From positions 3,523,902 to 3,587,901 of the forward strand of contig MU053652.1 of assembly GCA_013239625.1 (NCBI GenBank): a DNA stretch of 64,000 nucleotides, read 5' to 3'. The notes beneath the pieces were generated by a model, which searched no databases, was not told the origin of the DNA, and worked only from the letters and a program-made list of their open reading frames with translations. Numbering within the stretch: position 1 is the stretch's first letter; every line of letters begins with the position of its first letter. Positions 14,196-29,029 of this stretch are shown here, piece by piece. The translations under genes and the position numbers were made by a program. This DNA is from Lama guanicoe. Taxonomy: Eukaryota.

Positions 14196-14639
14196 TGTTT
14201 TTCAATACAATTATGATCCATTCTTTTCTGTATATCTGTTCTGTCATTTTCAATAATATCTGAGAAGTATGGGAGGGTAAATGGACATAATTGGCCTATC
14301 ATTTTGTAATGGAAACACTTCACTACACCAATACTGTTTTCACACCACACTTTTAATGGGTAGAAATACCTTTTAGAGAAGATGCAGGATCTAGTGATAG
14401 AAAATGAGCTCTATGAAACTGTTCGATCAGAATTAACAGAGATAATGTGTAGGATTCCTAAAACGAGAGGCTTGAAAGCGGTAATTTCAAAAGTATAGGT
14501 AAGCTTTTTTTTAATCTAAGGAAACACTAAACAACAGCATTTTCATCTTCTCAGCAACTCATCAGTTTACTGTCACCACCACCAGAAAGAAGTTGAGAAT
14601 GTACTAAAATTCTAGTCCCATCCTATTCCCTGACAGCAG

Positions 14640-16000
14640 ACTTACAAATGATTCAATTCAATTCAAATACACATGATATATCTACTACATGCACTGTGCT
14701 ACAAACTCGAGACAAAGAAATGAAAGGCACTGTCCCACTGCCCCTGCCCTTACAGAGCTTACAGTCTATGGCAGGCACAAATAAGTAAAAGATGACTGTA
14801 ATTCAGTGTGATAAGTGTTAATGACAGAGGCAGGAACACAGAGGGTGCCATCAGAACAAAGAGACAGGACTTCCGAGGAGGCTTCCCTGGAAATAACTCT
14901 TTGAGTGTTTCAGGATATGCTATTATTGCTTTGGGGAGATTAAGCTGAATTTACCATCTTTTCCCTCAATCTGCCCTTCCATCCATCTATATAACACCTG
15001 GTAAAGAGAAAATGGTCCACACAGAAAGCTGGAAGCTTTCTTCACTTTCCCCTCCTCCTCTTCAAGTCTTACCTAATTTCACTTCCTTATATTTCAAATC
15101 AACTCCCTACTCTCTATTTCTACTATAACTACCTTAGTTGCAGCCTCTATCATTTCCCACGTTGATAATTGTAATAATCTCATAACTGGTCTTTCAATTA
15201 AATCTCCTCGCTAATTAAGAAATAAGCTGATCTTGAAGACTCCCCTCAGGTGGTGCCCCACTTGAGCTGGGCTTCTTCAGCTTCTTCTCTCCATACTCTT
15301 TCCCACTCTGCTGAACCTCCTACAGTTCCTGAAAGGCCATGCTCTGCTCTGCCTAACTGCCTTTACACAAGCTGCTTGGTTCCCGTGGTTTGAGATGTTC
15401 CAACCTTCCCCTGCTAACACCGACTCAGACTTTAAGTACATCTTTTCTGAAAAATCATCCTGACAGCTACTTCTCTTTCTCTGTCTTCCCCACAGGTGGT
15501 TAGGTACCTCTTCTGTGCCCTCCCATACCATATTACCTCATCAGGACACTTATCACACAAAGAATTACACTCAAACTATTCTGTAATCGTTTCTTTACCT
15601 GATTCTCTATTACCTAGATCACTGAGCTAGTACAGTGTCTGTTACATAGGAAATCAAGAAATGCTGAAAGAATGAAAGAATGAACGAACGAACGAACGAG
15701 GTTAGTTAAGTCTGAAATCTGATGAGATAACCAAAGGAGGATAATGGAGAGGACAGAACGCTGGAGCAATACCCATCTTTAGTGAGTAGGAAGGAAGAAG
15801 CTGGTGAAGAAAACAGAATGAACAATCAAAGAGGTAGGAAGGAAACATCTCAGATTGTACAGTAAAGTAACCCAAAAGAAGAGAAAAATTTAAGAAGGTG
15901 CAGGTGGTCAACAGATCAAACACTACAAACAGATCAAAGAAGATGAGAACTAAGAGACAAGGCCACTGATTTAGAGGTGGTCACTGGTGATCTTGATGTT
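14640..16000. mobile_element. LINE-2 fragments
   Basis: attcaattca / gaatgaaagaatgaacgaacg tails; ctgcccttacagagcttacagtcta; L2-like body. Confidence 0.6.
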
Positions 16001-17638
16001 GCGCTAATGATGAGTTTACTCCCGCCTCACTCTTCTCAGCACTGTTAGAGACCATCTTCCTCAGCCATTGTTTGAGGCAATTTAGGGCTTACAAAATAAC
16101 CAAAGTTATGAAACTTACCTGTGCTAATCTCTTTTTTCCATGATTAAAATATTGAACAACAGAGAATGTACAAAAGAAAATTAAAATCCTACCATCTACA
16201 TTTATTATTTCACTATTTCCTTTGTTTTTTGTTTATATTTGTACAAAATTTATATCATATTGAATTCTATATCCTAATTAAACAATTTCTTACTTATATT
16301 TAAATTTAGTCAGCCCAAGTTATCTAATTGTAAATCAATAAATTAGCATTCTAATTTTTAAATAGAAAAAAGAAAAAAATGTTATAGAATTAGATATACC
16401 TGCTTGGCCACATGTGCACAATGGTTTTTTGGTCACATAAAACTAAAATTTCTCTTAGCTTCTATCAGTAAAATTATTTATGCTAAAAGGTAGCACAGCA
16501 CCCAAAGTATCTTATCTTGACCCATTTAGACTAGGTTTTTTTTTTTTTTCCATGCTCTGGAGCTTGGCTGCTAAAGATAGGCACTAAATACAGAAACATC
16601 TTTAGCTGCTATAGGATTTTTTTCTAGTCTTTTTAAAAAAGTAATCTCTTCAATCAAAATTAGATACACTGGTTTACAAACAACAAGGTCTAAATTGTAA
16701 TGTTAAGCATGCTTGTCTGACAATTTGTTATACCTAGAAAAATAGTGGGAACCAGAGTTTTCAACCCTCTTCTGGGATTTTCTTTTTTCAGTAGGGAGTA
16801 TGTTTTACTGGAAAAAATAGAAAGAATGCAACATTTCTAAAAGTAAGAATTACTAGGTCAAAGGATGTGAACATTTTTAAGGCTTTTGATACATATATTG
16901 TGAAATTAAATCCAGAAAGGCTGTGTTAAATTTACACTCCCTTCAATATATGAGTTTCATTTCCCCATACCCTTGGGTATTCTTATTTTTAGTCTTCGCC
17001 CACCTAATAGGTGGAAATGATGGCTTATTATTTTAATTATCATGTTTATAACAATAGTAAAAATAAATATTGGTTCATATTTACTGACCTTTCTTTTTAT
17101 GAATTGACTATTCATGTTCTTTTCCCTATTTTTCTAGTGGGTATTTGCTTTCAAACTATTGATTTGTAAGAGCTCTTTATATATTTGTGATATTAACCAT
17201 TTATTACAAATATTTCCTTTTATCTTTTTATTCATGATTTTTGACATGAGGTTTTAAATTTTATACAGTCACATAAATTAATTTTTATTTCTTCCTGAAA
17301 GTCATATTTAGACAATTCTTTCCCACCCCCATATTTTATAAGTTATTCATTCAAAGTTCCTATTAATATGGTTACAGTGGAATAATACTGTTATCAGTGA
17401 GATGATTTATTTCTACCATCTAATGCACATTAAGTGATTCTAACTCCCTAAACCTTTTGGTTACAATTCCAACAGTGGTCAATAGGAAACATAGACTTAA
17501 AATTAAGTTCTAGACTTTCCTTTGTCCAATTTTAGCTGTTTAGACAATTTTTAAAAACCAGAATTCTGAGTTTAGAAAATTCATTCAAAATTCCCTTTAA
17601 CCCATACGAAGCACAGTCTCTTGCTAGTTATCACCCAC

Positions 17639-17725
17639 CTCTCAAAAACCTGTTAGGGATCCTTATGATGGGACAGGACTGAATGAAGCGCCTCCTAACT
17701 GGGTCCCATCGTATTTTCTTCTTAC
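17639..17725 (-). CDS. KLHDC10: KLHDC10 coding exon 2 (87 nt, phase 1-1 symmetric)
   Basis: aacag|GT AAG AAG AAA ATA CGA TGG GAC CCA... = (G)KKKIRWDPVRRRFIQSCPIIRIPNRFLR, ending G|gtgggt. Joins exons 1 and 3 in frame. Too short for the ORF track. Confidence 0.93.
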
Positions 17726-20700
17726 CTGTTACCACAATTATCAGCAATAAGTCAGACACATACAACACATGGCAAATAATACATAGTTACTGTAGTAATA
17801 AAGACAGAAAAACAGGAAACAAAACAATACTTGAATACAGAAAGAAGTGATGTACAGTAGCACTTATCCCTGTTTTGTACGTCAAAACAAAATTAAATTA
17901 ATATATAAAAGCAATGATGAAGGTTTTCAACTCATCCCCAAAAGTTTACAAACAATTATGCGCACCATTTTTTTGAATTCTGGTTCAACAGAACATGCAT
18001 TCAGTAATCACCAATGCCATCTTGTGGCAAAAATTCACCAGGAGCTTTATAAACAGATTAGAAACTATATTTTTAAAAGTCAATGAGTATTAAAAAGGGA
18101 GCTCTCATTAAAATTATTTTGGCATAATGTAGATTCCTGTTCTCCTTCAGATTTGGTATCCTTTTATCAGTTATATGGTTAAGAGGATAAAGCAATGGGC
18201 ACCATTCTTTATGAAATAAGCTGATTTGCTATAATTAAAATTTTATGGTAGCAACCAAATAAAACAAACATTTAATATCTTGACAGTTCCATTGTCCGGG
18301 GAGAAAAAAAGGAAATTCCTCTACCTTCCCAGGAAGCAAATTAGCTGCACTTTAACCCCAATTAAAACTTGTTTTCTTATAAAATAGAAGAAAAATGCAA
18401 AGCATTATAGAACTGTTAAATGGGATAATTCTTGTCTCTTCCCAAAGTTTTGATAGCTCCCAAAGATAGCTCTTACAGGCAATGAAAACAATTAACACTG
18501 GTATAGAGTTTAAAGCTTACAAAGAGCTTCTACACATATTACCTCATTTGATCCTCATAACAATCCTGTATGGGTTCAACAGTCATTTCATTAAGCACCT
18601 GCTCTGCCTCGGGCCCTGGGCTAGGCTCCAGGGCAGCCTAAGGAGGATATGACTCCTATCCTCAAGAGCTCACGGTCTTGTGGAAGGCAGATGCCTAAAC
18701 AAATAATTACATTACAGTGAAGTAATGACTATAACAGGGGCTATAAAAACACTTCAAGGAAGATATTATCATCTTAATTTTACAAGTAAGGAAGCTAAAG
18801 GAAAATTAAGTGACTTAATGCCAGAGCCAGAATTCAAGCCTAGGCAGACCGACTCTTAATACCTGCCTTCTTTCTGCTATACCACACTTAACCTGTCTCA
18901 AATTCCTTAGAAAGCATATAGTTTTCGGTTTTGGCAAATGGAAATATATTCAGATGTTCATCAGCAAGGTCTCTTTTGCCCACTGTAGTACCTGTACCTA
19001 GAGATACACACATTCTGTGTAATGAAATGGCATTACCTGCACATGTATAGTTTATATTGTAGAGAAGACATACTTGTGGGCAAGGGGAAGAATTATTTAT
19101 TTTGCAAAAGGGTTTATCTGTTAATCCTTTATATCTTTTAAATCAGTAGTTCCCAAATGGGTGAAAATTCACCAGTCCAATACAAAATGAGAAAAATATG
19201 AACAAAGCAGTGAATTTTTTAAAAAACTAAAATGTTTCACTTAAAGGCCTGTCCTTTTTTCAGAAATTAGAAACTTTTTGTTATTAAATAGTCTTTTGAG
19301 ATTAAGTTAATAGGAAATGGTAGTTGATTTTGTTCTGTAATATTCTTTCTCGAAAAATAGAGAATTTGCAAGCCTATGTATATCCCCAAAATAAACATAT
19401 TTTTAAATTTACAGGTTTATGACATCCAAAGATTGAAGAACCACAGCTTTAAATCAATACAATTATTTGTCGGTGAGTCATAAGTTCAACATTGTAAATC
19501 ACAATATTAAAAGATACATAAGATGTATCCCTTACCCTCAAGAAGCTTATATTCTAATTAAGGAGACAAGACAGACACATAAAACAATTACATTGCAATA
19601 CAAGACATAATATAACAAATGATTAGCTTAAAATTTGACATTTTTATGCATCAAAAGCATTAAAATGTACATACCCTTTGACCCAGCTATTCCACTTCTA
19701 GGAATTTATTCCTAAAGAAACAATCATAGATGCATGGAAAGATGTATGGAACAAAGATACTATGATATTATTTATAATGGTGAAAAAAATTAGAAATGCT
19801 TTCAATGTCCAATGATAGGGAGATGGTTAAGTAAGTAAGCTAAATAAACATATTTAAATATATTCATATTTTTGTAGCACTGAAGAGTATATACAAGACT
19901 ATTTACTAACATGAGAAAACATTCACAATATATTGCAAATGAAAAGTGCAAAGTACAAAATAGTAGCAGAGTATATTACATTAACAAAGAAAAAATGTTT
20001 TTATGTATTCATGAAAAATATGGTAAGGATAAACATTCAATTTTATTTGTGGTTATCTTTGGGCAGTTATTATGAGTGACTTTGTTTTTTTCTCCTTAGT
20101 GCTGGTCTTTATTTTCCAAGCTTTCTCAATAAGTAGGCATTACTTTTGGACTGGAAGAAAAACAATACCATATTACTTTAACTTTTTTTAAAGCTATAAT
20201 AAGAAAACACTGTAAAGAAACACACCAAGAGTGTTAACAGTGGTTATGACTGGGGTTGAGGATTATCATCCCTTTTATATTATCCAAAAATTCTACGACC
20301 TATTTTATAATGAGAAAATATAAAACAAATTTAGAATACCAGTGAGGGAGTAATACCGAAAATTACTGAACCAAAGTTGTAATCAAAAATCCTTTCTGAT
20401 GTTTTCTCAGAGCTCTGCCAAACGTCTTTGGCCTGTTTCTCTCTCAGCAACCAACATAAGTCTGTCACAGCTTAGGCTAATGTTGACTCTATGGAAGTTA
20501 TTTACACAGAGTAGGCACTAACTTAAGAACCCATGTTTTCTTCCTTCAGCCAAAGAGCAGGGAAAAAAAGGAAACCAGCAACACAGCAAATACATGCCTT
20601 TCCAATTTCATGTAAATATATTCCTGAAGTTTTGTTCATTGAAGCTTTAATTTTTATATATTTGAACGCCAATCTTCATTTATGATTGCTTCTTCTCTTC

Positions 20701-21559
20701 AAAACAAAAACCACAATTTCTTCATTTCATCAATATTTTATTTTTATTACTTTTTTTTCCTCCTTTTTGTGTATTTCACTATAAATACCATACAGTTGAT
20801 GAAGATGGTATAACACTGGCAATATGATGCTGGCAATCAAGATGGTAGGCTAAGCACACTGCAAGCAAGCTCCCCTTCCCCTCAAACCCTGCAAGTAACA
20901 TAAAACCATTTTTTTTAAATCTATAGTCAAAAGAAAACAAGAAACGTTCTTAGTGAATCACTGAAAGATGAAAAGCTGATAGGATCAGCGGAAAAGAGGA
21001 AACTACAGCCCTACCTACGCACCCAGAGTAGAAGGCTATTGGAAGTGGTCAGAGCAGCCCTCAGAGTAAACTAAACCCAGAGGTGGAGGATAGCAGAAAG
21101 AAATGAAATAATTTATAAAATTTACAGCATGACTGTTAGGGGGCAGCACAGAAGTTACAAAGCAGGTTAACCTCTCCCACCATTTACCTCCTTGGATAAA
21201 GCATTATAGAACAGAGGTATGTATTTTCTCCCAGATGGGAACAGTGGCATCAAACAAGAAAGGTGTCACTCCCCACGTGGAAACAATGAATATAAACACT
21301 TGGATCAGAAAGATAGGACAGAGCCCTGGGTGGATATTAAACCCCAGGCAAAAGGGGACAGACACTAAAGAAGACTGGCGATTGGTACACTCCACCTCAT
21401 TGCACATTCCACCTCTACCCACCAGTCAGTGGAGACCTCCTGCAATAAACAGATGTAATATTCATAGGAAGGCTAACAAAGACTCTCGAAGATGAATCAA
21501 CAAAAAATCAAGACTCACACATGAAAAAGAGGTATAGTGTGACAAACAGAAGAACTTGC

Positions 21560-23650
21560 ACCCAAAGAAAGTTAACAATTTAAATAGAGTAAGACTTTAG
21601 ATTAAGTACAATTAATATCCTCAGAGATAGGCAAGATGATAACACATTTATTTAAAAAATAAGTAATTCAGAACTCTTAGAAGTTAAATTTTGATTACTG
21701 CACTAGAACACCTAATTAAGAACTGAAAAACATAGAGAGCAAATTAAATTAGTAATCTAAAAGATGGAGCCAAGAAATTCACCAGACTATAGTATAGAAG
21801 GAAAAAGAGGTGGAAAGCATTTAAAAAGTTGATATAAAAGAGAACTGAGCAATCACTATAAAAATTCCACCTGCTTTTTCTGCAGAAATGGACAAGCTAA
21901 TCAAGAAAACCAAAACAATCCTGAAAAAGAACTAAACTGGAAGACTAACACTTCCTGGTTTAAAAACTTACTACAAAGATACAGTATTCAAAACTGTAGT
22001 ACTGGAATAAGGATGGACATATGTATTAATGGTATAGAATTGAAATAAACCGATAGACCTATGGTCAATTGACTTCTGACAAGGGTGACAAGATTACTCA
22101 GTGGGGAAAGAATAATCTTTTCAGCAGATGGTCCTGGGACAACTAGATATAGTTGTAAATCAAGAATTATATATCTACTCAAACTCTAACTCAATTGTGA
22201 AAGGGAAATTCAGGCATTTTTGAGTGTACAAGGACACAAAAGTTTTGCTTCCCTCAGAGTTCTGGTGAAAGAATTACTCAAAGATATATATCTGGAATTT
22301 AAAATAATAATAATCCAAGAAAAATAATCAAGGTACAAGAAAAGAGTAAACAGAGAAACTGGCAAAGTAAGATTAAGTAACTGCTGACCAGGGTCAAAAA
22401 AAAAAAACACAAAAGCTTACTAACATTCAAATCTATAATCTCAGATGCTGACAGGAATGATTGTGAGGGTAAGAGGGTTGGGAGAAGGGAAAGCAGATTA
22501 ATGGTAAAGACCTTGTCTTGTTCAGAAGAAACATACAGAAAGTGATTAATATAGATATTGACAGAAAATATAAATTTAAGTATTACATAAAAAATTTGAG
22601 AATACTAGGTGGCTTCACTCTAAACATTTAAGGAAGATGCAAATGCTTTCAGAGAATAGAGAAACTCACTTCTGAGACTGGTAGAACTCTGACATCAAAG
22701 TCGGATAAAGACATTAAAAGTCATTACAGGTCAACATCCTTTATAAACATAGGCACAAAAATTGAAAACAAAATATTATCAAATCAAAGTTACAGAAAAA
22801 GGATAATTCATCATGACTAAGTGAAATTTATTCCAAGAATGTGATGCTGATTTATCATTCAAATATCAGTATAATTCACCACATAAACAGAATAAGGAGA
22901 AAAACCATGCAATCACCTCAATAAATGCAGAAAAAGCATTTGATAAAATTCAACATCAAGCAAACAGGGGGAAAAAAGAAACTCATGCTTACACAAAATC
23001 TTGTACATTAATGGTCACAGAAACTTCATTCATAAGAGCCCAAACGTGGCAACAACCTTCTAAGGAATCAGAATGGGTAAACAAACTGTGATAAATCCAT
23101 ACCATGGCAGACAACTCAGTATCAATGAACTAACCACTGATAGAGGCAACACTTTGGATGGCTCTCAAGGGAATTATAGTGAATGAACAAAAGCCAATGT
23201 TAAAGAGTTACATATTGTATGATTCCATTTATACAACATTATTGAAATGACAAAATTATAGATATAGAAAACAGATTAGCAGTTACCAGGGGTTTTTCCA
23301 GGGGAGGTGGTTGTACCTATACCAGGGTACATGAGGGACCCTCGTAAATGGATCTGTTCCCTATCTTGACTAGGTGGCCATGCAAATCTACATGTGATAA
23401 AATTACCAAAAACTCAATATAAACACATGCACACACACACATACAAATTAGCACATGTAAAACCAATGAAATCTGATTAAAATCAGTTGATGGTATCAAT
23501 ATTGATTTCCTGGTTGTGTTACTACACAACAGTAACAAGATGCTATCACTCAGGAATCTGGATGAAGCATATATGGATCTCTCTATTATTTTTTTAATTG
23601 CACATAGATCTACAATATCTCAAAGTAAAAAGAATGAAAAATTGAATAAA
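21560..23650 (+). mobile_element. Mosaic of old LINE-1 fragments
   Basis: aaaacaatcctgaaaaagaac, aatgcagaaaaagcatttgataaaattcaac, tgtatgattccatttata. Confidence 0.7.
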
Positions 23651-24727
23651 TAAAAATGAAAATGAAGGGGGAAAATCTGATGTTGATATGAGGCAAACAC
23701 ATTCAAAATGATGTATCTGAAATAATTATGAATATTTTAGTAATTAAAACTATCGATAGAAAACACAACCTAAGAATTCAGATTTATATGCTATAGCCTA
23801 CTGCACTATGCAATTCAGTATCTACAAAGAATTTTAAAAGAGAAGCAAATTAATACTGTAGTCAGAATCACTGCACAATTGTGCAGACTGCTTACCGCAA
23901 GAGAGTGACACATCAAGTGGCTAAGGTAGGGGCCAAAATCCAGCCTGCACTCTACTCCCTAATGCACCGACAGGACTATGTCTACATGTACCATCGCACA
24001 CTTTGGGCTTGTTAAGTAAATGACTTTCTTCTAAACATAAGAGAAATAACATTTATTATCTCTCTATTCCTAGCACTTACATATACTCATTTTTAAATTT
24101 CTGCCTTTACCTTTCAAAACAAGATCTGAACCCAAATCTTAGTTCTGTTGTGCTGCTTGGGTATAGATTATTCCTTTAGGAGGCTTCAGTTCTGTCTCAA
24201 TCTTTTTTGAATGAAACAAAGTGGTATACAAACTAATATAAACTAAAATATGAATTACAGTGCTATATTACCCTGTGTTGTAGATTAATCAGTCATGGCA
24301 TTACATATATGTATGTTTTTGTGTGCATATGTGAAAACAACTGCATTCCTTAATAAAAATACTATTCCAAGGACTCATTTAATCCACACTACAACCCTAT
24401 AAGATAGATAATATTATGATCCCCAATTTACAGATGAGAAAACTAAGACACAGAGAGAGTAAGTAATTTGCTAAATTCTGGGATTCAAACCCATGCAGTT
24501 TGGATCCAAATTACTCTTAACCACTCTACAATAATGTTCATAGTCACAATTCAATTTGGTACCTGAAAAAATCTAGTAGAGGCACTTAATAAAGACTTGT
24601 AAAATGAATAAATGAATAAATGAATGAATGAATACTGAGGCAGTAATTCTCAACCAAAGGTATACTCTCCCAAGCCCCTAAGAAGTTGCTCTTCTCTCCC
24701 AAGATTCTGGTATTATCCCTCATTATA

Positions 24728-25082
24728 TAGTCGACCCTCAGTATCCCTGGGGGATTGGTTCCAGGACCCCTCATGGATACCAAAATCCAAGGATGCTCAA
24801 TCTCTTATACTATTAAATGGCGAAGTGCTTGCATATAACCTACAGGCATATCCTCTCTTATACTTTAAATTCTCTATATTACTTCTAATACCTAGTACTA
24901 TGTAAATATGACATAAATAGTTGTAAATACAATGTAAATGCTCCATAAATAGTTGCTAGAATGCAGCAAATTCAAGTTTTGCTTTTTGTAACTTTATGGA
25001 ATTTTATTTTCCCTAAATATTTTTGGCCTGAGGTTGGCTGAATCCATGGATATGGAACCTGTGGATACAGACAGCCAATTAT
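24728..25082 (+). mobile_element. TcMar-Tigger MITE (MER2-like)
   Basis: gtcgaccctcagtatccctgggggattggttccaggacccc...ggataccaaaatcc; inverted terminus ggatacagacagccaa. Confidence 0.82.
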
Positions 25083-27423
25083 ATCATTATATTGCCACTT
25101 AAGAATAAAAACCATACTAAGTCACTGCAACTAATGCAATAACTGTAATATTTCCTATCCCTTAGCTTTTTAGAAGTCAAAAATGGTTAAGAACAACTAT
25201 GCTGGCAACATGAAGCGCCACTCTGATTGTTTTAAGGGTCTTCAAGCCAGGGTGTGAGCAGCTGTTGACTACTTACTGGCTTCTACCGTATTTGCAAAAT
25301 ACAGGCAAAGTAAATGTTATCTTTAGGGAGTTACAATATTATGGCAAAAGCAGCTATTTGCCCCACAGACATCAGATATGTTATATCTTCTGTTTTTAAC
25401 CACACTCCTTATTTGTTTGCTTTAAACACTCTATTTTCAAATATATCTCTATTTATAAGCCAACTCAAATATTTTGGCACTATGAAAGGAATAAATGTTA
25501 AAAAAATGAAAATTGCTGGTTCTTGCCTTTCTCTTCCTTGCCATTTCTGTTGGTCAATAAAACATGTTCATTTCCCGTTGTGCTTCATTTTTCTGTTTTC
25601 TTTCACTCTAGTCTCTGTTTTTTGCCGACATTACCCCTCTAACATTTGTGGCAAAAGGTAGGACTATCATAGACTTCTTCCCTTCTATAAAAATGAAAGA
25701 ATCACAGCACATTGAGAGATATCTTCAAATCTTAAGCTGCTCTTTGTCATTTTGGTTTATATCATTAGTTATTCAAGTTGTCACTTTACTGAAAAAAAAA
25801 TAGGTTTATTGGGTAAAGAGTTCTGTCTTTGGAAGAGGCAGGGAGCACAGAAGCAGTTATATCTGGTTCAAACTGTTCCAAAGGGTAGATGTGATACTGA
25901 ACCCAGTGTTCATAAATGACTGAATTCTAAGCTATACTATCCTTCCTTAGAAATACTAAAAACAAAATAAGCTAAAAATTGTAGATTAAAAATTAATCAA
26001 AAAGTATTATAATTCATAAACCTGTGTTAGATTAAAATACTAAATCTGGATCTAACAAACAAAAATCCTAGGAAAACTCCTGATTTAAGATACCACCATT
26101 ACATTCCTATGTTTTATGAATGGCTGCTAAGACTTTGAAATAAAGTTTTAAATAAACCCCCACATTTTTCAGCGAGAAGAATCTTTTGCTAGGAAGAATT
26201 AACTATAAATATACCATAAACTATATGTATACTAGATGGTCTCGAAAGCTCTAAAAACTCTACAATTTTCAATGGAATCAGAAATGCTCTAAGAATCTCA
26301 GACCTAACTTAGTGCTATGATTCCTGAGATGGCTTGTTGCAAGCTTATTAAAAGTGATAAAAATAAAAACAAAACCAAAAAGCAGATTACCAGGTCTATC
26401 CTAGTAGGTCTGGCATATTAACTTTAGTAGGGAATCAGGTTCCACTGAGACTAAAAAATTACTGGTTCTTTTCCCAGAAAAATGACAATTTTACATATGA
26501 TATAATCCTCTTAAGACCATCCACAAACTCATGAATTGATGGACCCCAAGTTAAAAAATTAAAAAGAATTTAGACCCAGAATGTTTTCAAAGGGTAGTTA
26601 AATGAAAGAAGGAATAGATTTGTTCTATATTCTACCAGAAGACACCATTGGGAGAATACCAACTATTCTTTACTCAGAAACAAAAATTTCAAAAGATAAC
26701 ACTTCACAAGAACATCTGCATTGAAGCATTTTTTCCTATAAATGCACAGGTAAGTTTTGAACTTAAAATCTTAACTGAGTAGAAGAATTCTGATGTAGCT
26801 TTAAGAAATTATTTCTCTCCTTGAATGGTTTTCTTTTGTATACCCATGTGTATTTAAAGCTAAATATATTACCTCTTTCTAAGGCACTCCGTTTGGAATT
26901 CATATTAGAAACTTCATATTCCAGCTTCAGGTCTGTGTGTTTATATGCATTTTAAGGAATTTATTTTACATGACACTAAGATGTTTGTGGTTAGCGTTTG
27001 TTTGATCAATCACATCTGATGCAAATTAACTGAGTTGACACTGTTGATGAAACCATATGGAAAGAGCTACTGTGGGTAAAAAGGGAAACAACTTTTTTAA
27101 TAAGCACCATTCAACTCCAATGACTATCTACCTCTTTTTTTTTTTTTTGCTAGTCTACTAGCAAAAAACTACTTCTGATTTCACTAGCTAGTCTTACAGA
27201 CAACTCAATGATCACACCTTAGATAAACCTTGGAGCAAATTCACTGACAATATAGCATAAAAGGGAAGAGCATGAGATTGGGCTGAATTCTGAATGCAAC
27301 AGGAAGCCACTGAAGGATTTTGGTCTGGGAATCAATAATCATAGCTGTGCTTTAGGAAGATTAATCTTGTTTCAGTACATAGAATGAAACAGGAAAGAAA
27401 GACTGAGAATGACAAAAACATTA

Positions 27424-27801
27424 CAGGTTTCCCCTGCTATCCTAAAGTAGAGTGTTCCTAATGAAACCCTTCCTAAGGCAAAATGGAGTAATGCAAAGAA
27501 GCAATTGCCTTAATTATCTTTAAACAAAATAAATCAATAAAGCCAGATGCTCACAGACACAGTGCAAGCTACGGCGGCTTGATGCCCAGTGTAGTTCCTG
27601 GGGAAGGAGCTTGGTGGTGCTACTCTGGCTATTGGGCTCGCTACAAAATAAACGCTGAACCCCATTTTCACTTTTCACCTATTTTCATTAAAGCAAAAAT
27701 CCTCTTAAGATTTCATTCAGTTAGTGAAAACAGGTACTAATGTAGGTCTTTCTTAAAAGTAAGGTGGCGTAAAGCAAACTTTGGAAAAGCAGGGATATCT
27801 G
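27424..27801. mobile_element. Non-autonomous Tigger-type DNA transposon
   Basis: Imperfect TIRs caggtttcccctgct / agcagggatatctg; TA at the left flank. Confidence 0.7.
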
Positions 27802-27884
27802 TGTTACTACAGTCCAATTTGAGCCAGTAAAGGCCTGAATTACAGGAGAATTGGGAAGGAGAGGTACCAGAGAAGAGCACAGCA

Positions 27885-28075
27885 GAGTGGCATAAAGCAT
27901 AGACTTTGGAACCACACCGTGGTATCCAAACCCCAGCTCTGTCCCTTGGTAGCTATACTGCCTTGGACAAAGTCTTATCCTCTGGGCCTCAGCTTCTCTC
28001 CCTATGAAAAGGGGACAATCACAGTACCTCCTCACTGGGTTATGAGTAAATGTTTATAAAAGTGCTTGGCTAATA
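27885..28075 (+). mobile_element. MIR SINE
   Basis: ccttggacaaagtcttatcctctgggcctcagcttctc core. Confidence 0.65.
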
Positions 28076-28823
28076 CTATGTGGGGATAAAACATAAGGAC
28101 TTAATGACTAGCAGGGAAATGGGAGTAAAACAGAAAACTGAGTGAGTTTTTAAGTTCTGTAACTTGAAGAAAACTTTAAAAAAACAGATATTAAAGGGCA
28201 AGTGGGCAATACTTACCACTATGCATTGCACAATGTTTTTAAAGAGTGGGAGACCAGAAACAATCTAAATATCTATCAAGTGTGTGGCTGGCAAATTACT
28301 GTACATACATACAGTGCAATACTTTCAGCCATGAAGAAGAATCAGACCAATCTAAATATGATAATATAGAACATTCTTCAAAATATAGTTTTAGTAAAAA
28401 AGAAAAAAGACAGGTGCAGAAAAAATACTTTATGTTGTATTTTAATTTGTTTAAAAATAAAGATAACATATACCAAATGCATATATACTCAAATTCTATT
28501 TTTGGAAAGATACACCAGAAACTCTAATGATACCTCTGGGGAGAGATGAGAGAACTAAGGATCTGGGGTAGAAGAGAGATTTTTGTCTCCCTTGTATACT
28601 ATTTGATTTTATCATGTTTATCTAGTGTTTTTCAGTTTAAAAAAAATTGATAAAAAAAAGAGGGGGCAGGGAAGGAGGAGTTCAATAATAAGAAATCATA
28701 TTCACATACTTATGTGAGCATAAATTCTATGTGCTCTACAAGTTTGCCCAGTATAGATACTGGTAATAATCTAATGATCTGGAGGTTCAAAAACACTAAA
28801 GACTTAAAAAAGACATGGCCAAA

Positions 28824-28956
28824 GGGAGGGTATAGCTCAGTGGTAGAGCGCATGTATGAGGTCTTGAGTTCAATTCCCAGTACCTCCTCTAAAAATAAAC
28901 AAATCTAATTCTCCTCCTACACCAAAAAAAAAAAAAAACCAACAACAAAAAAAAAA
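28824..28956 (+). mobile_element. tRNA-derived SINE (Vic-1-like) with internal deletion
   Basis: gggagggtatagctcagtggtagagcgcatg...gagttcaattcccagtacctcc followed by an A-rich tail. Confidence 0.85.
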
Positions 28957-29029
28957 CAGATGGTCTTAAAAATAGTTCAGGGAGAATAAACAGAGTGAAC
29001 CTTAAAAAGTATACAGGCTATTAAAAATT

